A stretch of 64,000 bases of DNA, from contig NC_068992.1 of assembly GCF_001194135.2 (NCBI RefSeq), forward strand, positions 16,692,540-16,756,539, written 5' to 3'. Both the position numbers and the translations under genes were made by a program. Positions 13,031 through 27,243 of the stretch are shown here, in pieces. Numbering within the stretch: position 1 is the first letter of the stretch; every line of letters begins with the position of its first letter. Under the pieces are notes generated by a model. It was not told the DNA's origin. It did not search any database and was given only the letters and a program-made list of their open reading frames with translations. Source of the stretch: Octopus bimaculoides. Lineage: Eukaryota.

Positions 13031-13269
13031 ATCGAAAAGTCTATCCAAAGCGAGTACAGCGACAGTAGGCGCCGAATTTTAAATAGAAAAGGGCAGCAAT
13101 ATGTTTTGATTTGCGTGTGAAGCCAACGAAGACACATGACTTTTTCCAAATGGTAGCAGTAGATGAAGCGTGAAAGTATCGTTACGATCCAGAAACAATA
13201 GACCAGTCCATTGAATGATACCGTCACATCTCCTAGGATTACGTATTTCTAAGCGAGCTATCGGCACAA

Positions 13270-13650
13270 AATGTCATGATTTTTTTCTGGATTCACATCG
13301 GCGTCATTCAGCTTGATTTTCTAGAACGTAGCTGAAGTGTAAAAAACTAATGGCTGATTCAAGAGCTTCTTAGAGAAGACACCACAAAGAAGAATTGAAA
13401 CAAGAATCTGAAAAACGTTGACCTTCACCTTGACAAAATGTAATCACACCCATATTTGGCAACAGCACAGGTAATCGACAAATTAGGCTATTCAGCCTAA
13501 CCAACAATGCTGTCCTGGTCTGGTGTCCTCTGCTTCCAGAAAAAGGACAGTCTTCGAAGACTCTAGGGAAAGTTTCATGAGCTCGTTTCAACGAAACTGC
13601 AAAGTCATCGTTTGTGATGGAAATTATGTTAAGCAATTCCTTTGAACGAA
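13270..13650 (+). mobile_element. Decayed mariner transposase C-terminal fragment
   Basis: Frameshifted peptides DLHLDKM*SHPYLATAQVIDKLGYSA*PT..KDSLR and EDSRESFMSSFQRNCKVIVCDGNYV parallel the mariner sequence LHDNARPH..IEKLGWEVLPHP..LKDSL..WQKCIDCDGDYV. Confidence 0.5.
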
Positions 13651-15244
13651 AGAAGAGTTAGAACAGGCGCAATCTGAAAGACCCATCTACGATAATAAAA
13701 TGATTATGCTCACCTTTGAATTACTTTCTAGTTAAAGCGTGATTTGCACTGACTTTCAATAATCATTGTTAACTAGTAAAATCTAGTAAAGGTTTTCTGG
13801 AAGGCTTTTGGAGAGATGCAGGGACAAAAATGCTACTTATTTTGTTCAGCAAGAATTATTACGAAAGCCATCGATATGAAAGTAAGGGGAAATATGATAA
13901 GTATAAACGGAAGCTTTGCAGAAAAGGAGCAAAAATGCTTCTCATCCTAGACTAAATATAGCCCTGTAGGAAGCAGATAGAAAACAACAGGAAATGATAT
14001 GACATAGACTACATGGAATCTAAAATACTTACGTTAAATCATGCTTAGAAACATGCGCTTTATCAATCTTGAAAAGAGAATTGTCGACGTGAACTGCATA
14101 ATGTGCAAAGAAACAGGAAAAGGATAAGGATAATCAAACATAGACTTATGGCTACTTAGAAACGAATGAAATAGGCGACACGCACGAGCAGAGGTAGAAA
14201 AATTAAGGAGAAATTTCAAAACCTTACATGAATATTTAAAATAAATCTACATGTCCAAAGTAAACTAATATGTATCAATGATCTAATTAGTCCATTTCTA
14301 AGTCAGATGTATAATATCTTAATTTTAATGTGAGGCCAACAAGCATGATTAGACAGGAATATATGTCAGAAAATAATGGAAATAATGTTTGTTGTAAATA
14401 TACACTTCAACAAGCTGGCATAGAAATATTACATTTGCCATGAATGCACCCTGTAAGGAACATTCTGCGACTTCAATATATAAACGATCAACTGTAGGGC
14501 TACAAAATATCTCATACGGAATGATAGTACACGAAAACATTTAGTAAGAAACATAGATAAAAGAAATAAACACTGCTTTTGTTTCATAAAGGGGATCACA
14601 AAAATATAAGGAAGTTTGTAGCGAAAATCAGAATGATGAGAAATATGATGGTATTTTCAAAAAGGTTAAAATCTAGAACTAAACCGAAAAAATAACTACA
14701 GTGTATTGCCCTCATAATCTAAGAAAACTAAACCCAGTACTGATAAAAACAAAGATAGCACAGTGAAGGTTGTTTTAGTCAAAGCTAAACACGAAGTATT
14801 TTTGACTGGGGTAAAAGACAAAGAATATATTTACCACAATTGCTGAAAGTATACAAACAGAGAGAATACCGAAAGTAACTACAGGAAAATCTGAGGAGCC
14901 CACATCAAATACGAATGCTCGGTTATTTATTTATGCATTTTTAAATGGAAATAATTACAGAAGTAAATGGAACGCAAGTTTCCATACTCTGTACATATTG
15001 CTGACATGTGCAAATGCCCACTGCATGCAATGGTACATTAGTGTTCCTTGCTTAACAGGGCGCGGGGATAGACAGTGCATGCTAGTTTGTCAATAAAAAT
15101 CAAGCAAGCATTGGTTTATTTCCCATATTTAAATGCGACCGGACATTCTTTCATATCTAATAGCTGTATGTGTGTGCGTGTGTGTGTTTCTATGTGTGCT
15201 GTGTGTGTGTCCATGCTTTTCTGTGTGCGTGAGTGCGTGTATAT

Positions 15245-15327
<83 letters not shown>

Positions 15328-16254
15328 NNNNNNNNNNNNNNNNNNNNNNNNNNNNNNNNNNNNNNNNNNNNNNNNNNNNNNNNNNNNNNNNNNNNNNNNN
15401 NNNNNNNNNNNNNNNNNNNNNNNNNNNNNNNNNNNNNNNNNNNNNNNNNNNNNNNNNNNNNNNNNNNNNNNNNNNNNNNNNNNNNNNNNNNNNNNNNNNN
15501 NNNNNNNNNNNNNNNNNNNNNNNNNNNNNNNNNNNNNNNNNNNNNNNNNNNNNNNNNNNNNNNNNNNNNNNNNNNNNNNNNNNNNNNNNNNNNNNNNNNN
15601 NNNNNNNNNNNNNNNNNNNNNNNNNNNNNNNNNNNNNNNNNNNNNNNNNNNNNNNNNNNNNNNNNNNNNNNNNNNNNNNNNNNNNNNNNNNNNNNNNNNN
15701 NNNNNNNNNNNNNNNNNNNNNNNNNNNNNNNNNNNNNNNNNNNNNNNNNNNNNNNNNNNNNNNNNNNNNNNNNNNNNNNNNNNNNNNNNNNNNNNNNNNN
15801 NNNNNNNNNNNNNNNNNNNNNNNNNNNNNNNNNNNNNNNNNNNNNNNNNNNNNNNNNNNNNNNNNNNNNNNNNNNNNNNNNNNNNNNNNNNNNNNNNNNN
15901 NNNNNNNNNNNNNNNNNNNNNNNNNNNNNNNNNNNNNNNNNNNNNNNNNNNNNNNNNNNNNNNNNNNNNNNNNNNNNNNNNNNNNNNNNNNNNNNNNNNN
16001 NNNNNNNNNNNNNNNNNNNNNNNNNNNNNNNNNNNNNNNNNNNNNNNNNNNNNNNNNNNNNNNNNNNNNNNNNNNNNNNNNNNNNNNNNNNNNNNNNNNN
16101 NNNNNNNNNNNNNNNNNNNNNNNNNNNNNNNNNNNNNNNNNNNNNNNNNNNNNNNNNNNNNNNACTGGAAAACAGCATGTGCTTTGAAATATACGTTTTA
16201 TATATATATATATATATATATATTGTTAAACTTTTGGCACGCAGCTGTCAATTT

Positions 16255-16405
16255 TTTGGGGAATGGAAGTTAGTCGATTATAACGACCCCCTTTCACAAA
16301 TGGTACTTCTTATTGGGCCCAAGAAGAGGAATTGGAACCCAAAATGAAAAGAATTACCGCTAAGAATTTTGTCCGCACGCTAACGATTTTGCCATCTCGC
16401 CGCTT
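16255..16405 (-). mobile_element. SINE family A copy, diverged or partly deleted
   Basis: Contains TAGTCGATTATAACGACCCC..TGGTACTT..ACCGCTAAGAATTTTGTCCG..GCTAACGATTTTGCCATCTCGCCGC. Confidence 0.7.
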
Positions 16406-16899
16406 TATAACCATCGATCCATCATTACACAGTTTGTAGAGCCTGAAACCGTTTTGAAACTACTGCTCTAAACCATACACCTATGTATCTTGACCTTTCT
16501 CATTTAGCTTCTAACTTCTCTTGTGTTTCCACTATACCGTTAACGTTATCCTAGTTTATTCTCTCATCTTTTTTCTTTAAGATTTATATCTTTCTGCCAC
16601 TGTCTTTGTATGTTATTCAAAGAAATAATTCGTGGTTACTAACTCAGAGTAAATAAAATGCTCCAAAAATAGATATATCTTGCTATTTTTGTTTATGGTT
16701 TCATATATTTTTCATGACATGTCTTAATGAATGATCGCTATAATATTAACATTGGCTGCAAGCACGCTTCATTGCAGCTTAATTAATATTAAATTAATTA
16801 TAGCTAAGAAATGAGAATCAACAAATAATATTAATGATGATAAAGATTGAGGATAATAACATCACTATTATCAGACAATATTACTATTATGCTTGCACA

Positions 16900-17545
<646 letters not shown>

Positions 17546-17988
17546 AGTTCACGATTACTACGAACATTTGACGTCTTATTACGCGATCTCAGATCGGGTT
17601 TCCGCTTATATATTGGGAGTTGATCTCAATCCAGATTCTCCTCTAGTCTGTTATTGCGCTGTGACTTGTATTCAAAATATATTGTCTTTCATGACGGCCT
17701 TGCAAAGGAAATATAAACAAGGAAACTGGTTCTTTTGCTGAGTTCATATTACACAGTCGGGGGCTTCGAGTTTCAATTCGTGGCCTATAAAATCAATATC
17801 AGTCATGTCGTAGATGTTGATGTAATCGAACCCTCCTTTCTTGTCTGGTCTTGTTTCTGTATTTAAATTTTTAGACATCGCAATAAAATAAAATATGTTC
17901 ACGTGGTTCGTAGTTGTAAAAAAACATTTATAAAAAGAAATATATACACAACTGAGTAATTATATAATTATTTATAATAAAATAAATG

Positions 17989-18240
17989 TATTGGTTCACA
18001 CCATAAATAATGCTTTTTTTTTTCTATACTTATTTCATTTTTCAAAATTAAGATAAACAAAATTCTTTTTTAAATCTAAAATATACTCTCCATCATTTTC
18101 TACAAAGCTCTTCCATCTATCTTGTAGACTTCCAAGGCCCCTCTTCCAAGATTCACTTGTCGGTGAAGAAAAATACTCCTTCAATACTGTTCTGATCTTG
18201 TCTACAGAATTAATAATATTTCCGTCCAAATGATTGATAT
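17989..18240 (-). mobile_element. Mariner element 3' end (transposase C-terminus and TIR-like end)
   Basis: The minus strand reads HLDGNIINSVDKIRTVLKEYFSSPTSESWKRGLGSLQDRWKSFVENDGEYIL, matching mariner C-termini. The end sequence is TA-TTGGTTCACACCATAAATAATG at about 17989. Confidence 0.8.
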
Positions 18241-18284
18241 TTTTTTTTTGTCATATCAAACGATGACGACTAAAGACAGAAGGG

Positions 18285-18400
18285 TGGGTCCTTACGTTCT
18301 GAGTTCAAATTCTGCCGATGTCAACTTTGCCTTTCATCCTTTCAGGGTCGATAAATTAAGTACCAGTTGCATACTGGAGTCGATTTAATCGAATGACCAA
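18285..18400 (+). mobile_element. SINE family A copy (5'-truncated)
   Basis: Contains TTACGTTCTGAGTTCAAATTCTGCCGATGTCAACTTTGCCTTTCATCCTTTCAGGGTCGATAAATTAAGTACCAGTTG, with a B-box-like GAGTTCAAATTC. Confidence 0.8.
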
Positions 18401-19599
18401 GAATATCGGGCATTGCGCCTAGAGTAGAAAATAATAAATTAAATACTATAACGAAAACAATTATTTAAATTGTACTGCCTATTTTACTGTTACCTATCCA
18501 ATCAATGTGTCAAGTTATTGCGGAGCTTAATTATTATTTTTTCCTGAAACGTAAGTTGGGAAAACTGATATTTGTACAAGTTAGGTTGCTTCTATAGAAT
18601 CCCAAAAGCAAAGCTGTCAAAATATAATATTTCTCCATTCTTTAAATTAATTATCTCGGTGATCATAACAACTTACAGAATGTCCACAAAGCGAATCTTG
18701 AGAATCATATTTTACAAAAGCACCTGCTTCAGATTCTAGAATCCTCTAAAGACGTAAAATATCCAATGAATCTGGCACCACAATTACCATTATATATCTA
18801 TTTGCATAACTCAGCCATGGTAACAGTTATTCTATATAATTATTATGCTTGACGTGCACCATAACCTAAAAAAATTAAATAAAATAGCTTTATCTACATC
18901 GTGGATTGAATAATCATTTTTCCATTTTCGTTTGACGTAATTTCATTTCGTTTACGTAGCTTAAACCCTTGCAAACACCTCAATCTACATATTGAATTCT
19001 TCTCTAAATTATCTGTTTGACAATTCAAAAGAAAGCGATAATTGAAAGGTAATTGCTGACTCCCATCGGGCACGATATAATTTACTGGGCATCCAGCACT
19101 TTAAGTCATTTCGCATTTCTGCTAAAATCCATGTTTCTATTCATACTTCAGTGGTTTTATCCTTAGTTGTAACCACGCAAAGTTCTCAATTCCCTGTTCT
19201 CTGTCTTCTAAAATTACTATTTTCTTGACCTAGACGAACAAAAACAAACATTATTATAATTGATTTAATCAAGATTGAGAGCATAGAGATACAGCACAGA
19301 AAAATATATAACTTCTTTTTTAATGTATGCTTTTACAAATATATTTGAACGATTTAAATCGGGAAAATCGGTTTTCAAAATAAATGTTTGCTTCCATATT
19401 CAAATATATTTATATCCAATGTTAGCTCCTGTTTATCGACAAAGGAAATAGTGAAAACAATATTGAACTCTATAAAATATAAACAACACTGGGAAATTAA
19501 GGAGAATAATAAGTTCAATCGTTATAAATCTTCCATGAACATATTTTGTACAACACAGTCAAAAGAGAATGGTGAGATGCATTGGCCATCTTCAAGAAC

Positions 19600-20310
19600 G
19601 CTGATACTGATGGCAATCAGGCGTAGAGCATAGGCTGTTGCAGCGTGTCACTGCATTCACTATTCCCGAGTCAGTATATTCCCAGGTCACCTTTGACATC
19701 CGTCGAACAAAGACTCAGTCAATCCTCATCTCCGTGAAATACTTCTTCATTTGCTGTCACCATGCAGAACCAACCGTCAAACCAGCCGGATCCTCAGAGA
19801 AAAGAACATGATCAGCAGAGTCCAAAACGGAAAATCAAGCAACATGTCCAAACAGACTGAGGTGGCTATCCTGAATTATATAACTAACAGGACGCATCGA
19901 AGTTTCTAAATAGAGTTGTTGGTTGGATACGAAATCCGACCAATTGTAACCCTAATCTAACGAAGCATCCGGTATCATGGGAGCCAAGTGGTTGCTAAGC
20001 GTTCCGGAATCTGTGCACGTGTTAGAGCTATAGAGCAAGACATTGGAGACCAAGGAACTAAAGATACGAACCTTTATTCTTCTGCATAAATATTAGCGGT
20101 GCCAAAACACCCTTGCACCAAATCATCCAAGATTTTTTACGTCTTTAGACACGCAGATAAAATCGCTTCGAATTTCATTGCCGAGCTAAAAGGAAAGCAA
20201 CAACTTCGACATTTTTACCAGCAAAAGATTGAGACGAGGGCTCCAATTCGTCTGTATGATTGGGAGAGAAATGAATAAATTTAACTTCAGAACGAGTACA
20301 GGCATGCTTG
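19600..20310 (-). mobile_element. Non-LTR retrotransposon ORF2 3' fragment (RTE/RTE-X-like), decayed
   Basis: The minus strand reads AGKNVEVV.., RVRIFSSLVSNVLLYSSNTCT.. and GYNWSDFVSNQQLYLETSMRPVSYIIQDSHLSLFGHVA..DSADHVLFSEDPAG. These are post-RT motifs typical of RTE-group LINEs (LLYG.ETW, G..W.D.VSN, L.L.GHVAR). Confidence 0.75.
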
Positions 20311-20719
20311 CTTGTAATATTTGCAGGAACCTTGAATAATTCGTCGATCTATTTGAAGCCGTTACGGGACCTTGGTCAGGTAGTGGTTTTAAATAAAAAA
20401 AAGTTACCTTCGTTGAGTTTCCATATACATTTACGGCTACGAAATTCCTTATGGGAGAACACAAGACATGGTAGAAGACACTTGTTCGCAACGCCCCACA
20501 CTGAGATCAATACCGAAACAAAATATTTGTGTAATGAATTTCATAACTACCCAGCAGCTTGTCAAAATTATATAGTGATGTGATAAATTATATTATTCTA
20601 CAAAAGCGGAAAAAGAATCACTGGTGGTGCGTGTCTTTCAGATTCCAGACCAGATGGTATACCATTATTGATATTGCTAATCTTGTCGCATTTGGAAAAT
20701 AATGACTACATATATTGGT

Positions 20720-20845
20720 TTCTAATTTCGGCACAAGGCCAGCAATTTCGACCTCGAAAAGATGAAGGACAGAGACGACCTCGGCGGTATTTGGACTCAG
20801 AATGTAAAGATGGACGAAATACTGCGAAGCATTTCGCCCAGCATC
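20720..20845 (-). mobile_element. SINE family A copy (internally deleted)
   Basis: Contains TCGACCTCGAAAAGATGAAGG..CGACCTCGGCGG..TTGGACTCAGAATGTAAAGATGGACGAAATACTGCGAAGCATTTCGCCCAGCAT. Confidence 0.8.
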
Positions 20846-21194
20846 ATACCTATTTATATTATTAGCAAAAACTGAAGAAAAAAAACCGTATCATTTAATA
20901 TATCGTTAAGCCGAAATTCGACTAACATTAAATTATACGTCAGTGCATGCAGTACCATGTAGAAACTATATAAGCTCATGTTTGTTATTGGTATTTGGCT
21001 ATTGCCACTTAGGTAATTAAAATACAACGATGTTTTGTTTGTAACTCTATCAAAAAACTACGCAAAGTGTTACAAGAATACTTGAAATTTTACCAAAATT
21101 GGCCAATATCTTTTTTTGTTCATTGAAGTAATCCATTCCTAAAATATTTTATTTCACCTTGTATTCTTGTATTCCAGCTATATTTATTAAACTG

Positions 21195-21335
21195 CAAAGC
21201 CTAGTGGTTAAGGAATTGGAGTTATGACACAAAGCGCGTAGGTTAAATTCCTAGTTTGATCAGTGTAGTTTGTTCTTGAGCAATTTGCTTCATTTCAACT
21301 TGTCAGCCTGGTTGTAAATAAGTGCAAATTGTGCA
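21195..21335 (+). mobile_element. tRNA-derived SINE family D copy (related copies at about 23600-23735 and 44110-44225, minus strand)
   Basis: A-box-like GCCTAGTGGTTAAG and B-box-like GGTTAAATTCC, followed by GTTCTTGAGCAA. The reverse-complement counterparts contain TTGCTCAAGAA..CAACGCAC. Confidence 0.5.
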
Positions 21336-22446
21336 GATTGTAACACCCTTACAGAATGTTTATATTCGAGATTAATTAACTAAATACACACGTTTGTAAA
21401 TTACCATATATTATTATTATTATGCAGCTCAGGGTTATAATTAGTCGAGTCTAATTAACTGCATGTCTGGGTTACATGACAACTTGAGACAGAATATAGG
21501 AGAGTTGAGTTATTAAACTAAATAATGGAAACCATTTTTATCCGGAGATCAACGACAGCCGAAACCACTGCTGGTATTTTAACTTTCTCATTAACGAAAA
21601 TGAATAATAATAAACGCAAAGACCTGAAAAAAATATAAACAAACAAACGTATCGACAAATCTAACAACATGAACAAGATATCAATGATAACAACAAGATA
21701 ATGATAACATCAACAACAACAGCCTCAGCAACGACAACAGCAACAATACCAGAAACCAAAATCAAACAAATGTTTTAACCATTAATGCGTGCTTTTCGAG
21801 AAACGACTTCCAATAACCATATGTTCCGTTCTACTGTAAACAGTTATTCATTTATTATAAAAGGCATTTGACTTTCTCTTTCTCTCCCAAAGCCTGTTTT
21901 TGTCTTTTTTTTTTGTTTCTTTATTGCTACATCTCAATTTCATTCTATTCAGTTATCTATTTATCGATCGGCCTAACTATCGATCTATTTTTATTGTTTT
22001 TTTTTTTGTTTTTCTCCGTTTTACACTTTCATATCACTCAAGACACATTTATAACATTTTCGTTTTGACGACCTTATTATCTACTTAGTTCTCCTATCTT
22101 CTACCACTTTACATCACACCCTCATTCTATCTCTGTTAAGATCGTCCCCTTCACGCTAATGTATATGCACGCGTACACATATGCACAAAAACATATGCAC
22201 AAAAACATACCTACATTTATGCCATGCACACACACACACATACACACACACACACACACATACACATATACACAATGTGCGTACGTCTCACCATAGCTCA
22301 ATATTTGGCCTTTAGAAAAATAACATCAATAGAATATTATTCAATTTTCTTTGTCCACTTTATTTTACTTTCCATATTTTTAATAATTTCCATACATAAA
22401 ACTAAGTAAATACACAAACATAAACGAATGACTGAAGCAAGTTTAT

Positions 22447-22508
<62 letters not shown>

Positions 22509-22698
22509 CCATTTATGTCTCTCTCTCTCTCCATAAGTATATATATATATTTATATATATATATATGTGTGTGTGTGTACGTATGTGTATATGTGTGTTT
22601 ATATATTCTAATATTCCACTTTGAATTCGTTGTGAGGTTATTGATTTTATCTGAATCACTATTTGTGCCGAATATCTAGCGTATGGTAATTGGTAGAT

Positions 22699-22702
<4 letters not shown>

Positions 22703-22786
<84 letters not shown>
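22703..22786 (+). repeat. (AG)n microsatellite
   Basis: Read directly from the sequence. Confidence 0.95.
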
Positions 22787-22790
<4 letters not shown>

Positions 22791-23211
22791 GGGATGAGGA
22801 GAGAGAGACCGAGAAAGGGAGATGAGCTTTTGCAAATTCGCGTTTATGAGCTTCATTTTATTCCTAGTTAAAGTATATTCAGTTCACTTTAACCGTTAAT
22901 GTGTAACAATTACCCATCCCCAATACCATCAACCGCAGAGCATTTGTGTCTAGACAAAATCATTCACTATTGACTGCGAGAGAAATTGCGCAAAATATGA
23001 TTCATGGCCAGCAAAAGATACAGCTCCACAAAATAATTTCAGTTCCCACTCGAAGAAACTTTGACTTCTTTACTTCTTTTCCGTCTTACTCTATTAACGA
23101 TCTTATCCAACTAATAACTGAGGTTCGATTATGTTTCTTGACCAACTCGAAATAGCAGCTAAATAATCGTCAGAGCAGACGATATAGAATAATACGTTCT
23201 GCTATAGGCAC

Positions 23212-23408
23212 AAGGCTTGAAATTTTTAGTGAGGGATTAAGTTGATTATATCGACCACAGTACTCAACTGGTACTTATTTCATCCGACCCCGAAAGATTC
23301 GAACGCAAAGTCGACCTCAGCGGGATTGGAATTCAGAACGTAAAGGCGGACCAAAGACCGCTAAGCATTTTGTCCGGCATGCTAACGATTCTGCGAACTC
23401 CCCGCCAT
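23212..23408 (-). mobile_element. SINE family A copy, near full length
   Basis: Collinear with 37222-37417 and the reverse complement of 60791-61015. Confidence 0.85.
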
Positions 23409-25719
23409 CAAACGATATAGAATTATAATCAGACAAGGTATACCGAATAATGGCTTTTAACATACCGTAATTAAATATTGTAATTAGATATTGTCTTGAG
23501 TCTTAGGAGAAATAGGAACGGCCATTTCGTGGCGTGTAAGAGACCGACATTTCAACATCCCCCAGAATAGGGTGGTCGGTCCGTCTCAGAATCACACATT
23601 TAAAGCTGAACGGATTGGAGCAACAACGTGCAATGGAATGATTTGCTCAAGAAAACAACGCACTGACTGTTCCGAGTATCGAAACAGTGATCGAAAGTTC
23701 ATGAGAACAACACTCTACCCACTAGGCCACGAACCATGACAGTTTAAAATAATCAGTGTCTGAAGATGTTATATTGATGGAAGTCATTGCAGGGTGTACC
23801 TGCTTGTGCCATAGGGAAGAGTAGAAGCCGGAACCACATATTGGGGAAGCGAACTCGATCTCCACGCAATTTTGCCATTACTACGTAGAAAAATCTGTTG
23901 AAGCTTTCAGTCTCGATAAACAATTTAATGTAACGATGTATTTACGTAAAACTTAAGATAAACTTAGATATGTTTCGACCAAAGATTGGTCCAGGCCATG
24001 TCTACGTAGGCACAAGTAGGCATGTAAGGTTCAGAAGCTCTCTTTGCAGTCAAGCAATATGGAGTTCAATCCAATAACGCGGTACAAGTATTTTCTACTA
24101 TTGCCAATGAATTTGGTCAACGAAAACGACGCTGGAGCCAGAAGTATATATATGTATTACAGAAAAGTAAATTTCCAAGGCGGGGTAGCGGTGAAAACAG
24201 CGTAGAAAATTGGTGGTGGTGGTTGAGTGAAACTAGTAAATGATTTCAAATAAAAGATATAAGAGAAATGCAAATAAAATAAATTTGCGACACATAGGTA
24301 TTGCTTATTTAATTAATGCATGCATTATATTTTAAGTGTATAATTTTCCTGTTTTGAGAACAAAACCAATTTAGTGAAAATGCGAAGAATATTTGCTTAG
24401 AAATAGAAACGGTATCAAAGGGAATAATGTTCCATGTAATTTTAATATCAGCATCTTGAATGTGAAGTCAGTTTTATCAAAGACAGCATAAGAAATTTAG
24501 TCATTGTGCAGAAACATGACTTTCATAAAGCGTGCATCGACAAAACAAAGTTAAAATTAAATAACATGTAATACAGCGACAATTGTTAATTGATTAGACA
24601 ATTTCTATATATATGTATGACGTGTACAATGTTTTTTTAAACATGCGAAATAATTGTGTAAAACATTTATAAAATATGCAATGCTACCTGTTCGATGTTA
24701 CCTATTCAAACATGCTTGGGGTTTATTCAAAACTGTAAGAAACCCATTCACTGTCTACAACGAGAAATGTTCTACATGACAAAATAGAGTGAATGGCTTT
24801 TCTTACGGGTTCGAATATTTGAACTGGTAACATTTTTTGCATTTTACACATCACTTCTTATGGTTTCTGTTCCTCATTTATAATGTATATATCATACGAC
24901 CGTGGCGCCGGTGTGATGGCTTGTGTATATCTCATTGATCAGATACTCTTGGGACGCAGTTTCAATCACGTATTTCAATAATTTAAGCTTTACATTATGT
25001 TTAGGATGTACGATGCAAGAGGAGGGATAGCGTATAACGGCGAGTCATAAGCGCTTCCCCTCAGGAGTTGGAAAGAATCCTATCTGAACTTCTACTTCTG
25101 CATCTAGTTCAGTTATACCTCCACGGAATACGGCAGTGGCTACAAACTGCTCTCTGATTTCGACTGACCAGCTAAACTACGCGATTGAACTTAATGGCTC
25201 CCGCCTGATGGCGAAAATTTCTATTCCAAAAGAATAAGAAACTTATGACGGTGGAGAGTTCAGAAGAAGCAAGAAAGACAATGGAGTTGAAGATGTGACA
25301 GTCAGGAATGTGACATGCCGAAAGACAAAGTGAGTCAGAGCAACCAAGCCAGTCGTCGTGAGAAAGATTGAGGCCGCACCAAAACAAATGCTAATCATGA
25401 TCCAGCTAGAAGTAAGCAGGAGTGGAACGAAAAAGTCTTCACAAATCGGCCATGGGATAGACGGAGGACACCTGCCTGATGATACAAACTTAGAACGGTG
25501 CTAAATCTAATATTTTGTCTTAGACGTTTGAGAGAGACTTGTTTGTTAAAAATGCAGGGCGTTGCTCAGGATGCCGTTGGATCACCAAAATTAATGTTTC
25601 AACCTGGCTTGGTCTTCTCAGCGACGATGAAACTGAGTTAGTATGGGTCTCCGACTGCCAATTAAAGACTAATTCTTTCTATCTACCGGGAATTAAACAT
25701 ACTGCTTTCAGCATTATTT

Positions 25720-25925
25720 CATTCAGTCTTTAGACCCTGGCCATGCTGGGGTACTGCATTGATGAATTTTAGTCGAATGAGTTCACTAAGCAGTACTTAA
25801 ATATTTTAAGCCTGGTACTTCTTCCAACGGTCTGTTTACCGAACCTACTAATTTAAAGAGATGGAAACATACCAGCACCGGTCGTCAAGCGGTGGCTGGG
25901 GACAAACGCAAAGACACACACATAC
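25720..25925 (+). mobile_element. SINE-like family B copy
   Basis: Contains GGCCATGCTGGGGTACTGC..TAAGCCTGGTACTT..CACCGGTCGTCAAGCGGTGG..GACAAACGCAAAGACACACA, ending in a CA-rich tail. Confidence 0.8.
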
Positions 25926-25984
25926 ACACACGCGTATGTAAATATGTGTGTGTATGGGCGCGCGCGCGCGCGCGTGTGTGCATT

Positions 25985-26135
25985 CGTCGTGATTCTTTCA
26001 CTTTCACTTTCATAAGGCCTCGGTCGACTCGGGGCTATAGTAGAAGGCATTCCCCAAGACGCAGTGAGAGAGATCTTGGAACCAAGTGCCGCCTGGGAAG
26101 AAAGCTCTTCACAACGCAGCCACACCTGCGCCTGA
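25985..26135 (-). mobile_element. tRNA-derived SINE family C copy
   Basis: The reverse complement starts GGCGCAGGTGTGGCTGCGTTGTGAAGAGCTT (A-box-like) and includes TGCCTTCTACTATAGCCCCGAG. It is shared with 42135, 49730, 49960 and 62660. Confidence 0.75.
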
Positions 26136-26819
26136 ATTAATATATTTCAAAATATAAAACATGAACGAATATTTTCACTCCAAAGCAACGGAGAAAAAAA
26201 AAACATTTCTAACAATAAATGGACGTATGTTACTGCACATGAGACCGATTTGATTTTGTATTTGGGAGAAAGAAACTACTTAACTGTATTTTTTCTCCAG
26301 GAAGATGGAAAATATATACCTAAATTATTGTACATCATTGTTTCTCTAGGTTTGTTTAAGATTTCTTCTGTAACGCTTTCATGTTTTCATTTATTCTTAT
26401 TAGTACGTCAATAAGCAAAAAGCCTTACAACGTACGTTCCGTTTCTATATATAGATTCACGTATCGTGATACCAATTTTCAGCTATACACGATGTTTCAA
26501 TGACTGGAATAACAATCTGAAATCGAATAATGGGGTTCGCATACCGAAATAGATTTTGATTTCATAGTAATTCTCACATAGCTTGTTTCTTCATTATCAA
26601 GAGGCTGATTCAAGATTAAAAAAGAACCAATAGCGGTTCAAGAAACACTTCTCACGCTGAATCTCACTCATACACACTTATATATACACATGCGTGTGTG
26701 TGTTCGCACGAGCGCTTGTGCGAGTCTGTCATCTTATCTGTTTACAGTATGTATGAAGAGTAACATTGAAAAATTTTAAGAAACTCATTTCTTTTAATGA
26801 AGAGCTCTTATTCTTTTAC

Positions 26820-27010
26820 CTCTTTCAGTCATTAGGCCGCGACCCTGCTGTGACGCCTTCTTGAACGGTTCAGTCGTACAAATCGCCGCCACGATTTGAA
26901 ATTTTTAAATCTGGTATATATCATATTGATTATTTTCGCCGCACCGCTAATTTGTGGGGTTGTAAACAAGCTAAAACCTGCTTTTAAACCGTGGGGCGGC
27001 AAACAAGCAC
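26820..27010 (+). mobile_element. SINE-like family B copy, diverged
   Basis: Contains TCTTTCAGTCATTAGGCCGCGACCCTGCTG..CGCC..CCGCTAA..TGTAAACA..AAACCGTGGGGCGGCAAACA. Confidence 0.6.
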
Positions 27011-27086
27011 ATACAGAGAAAGATGGAGAGTGGTAGAATTTGCTAGACAGATTGATAGAAAGAAAGATAGGGTAGATATATATATG

Positions 27087-27163
<77 letters not shown>

Positions 27164-27182
27164 NNNNNNNNNNNNNNNNNNN

Positions 27183-27243
<61 letters not shown>

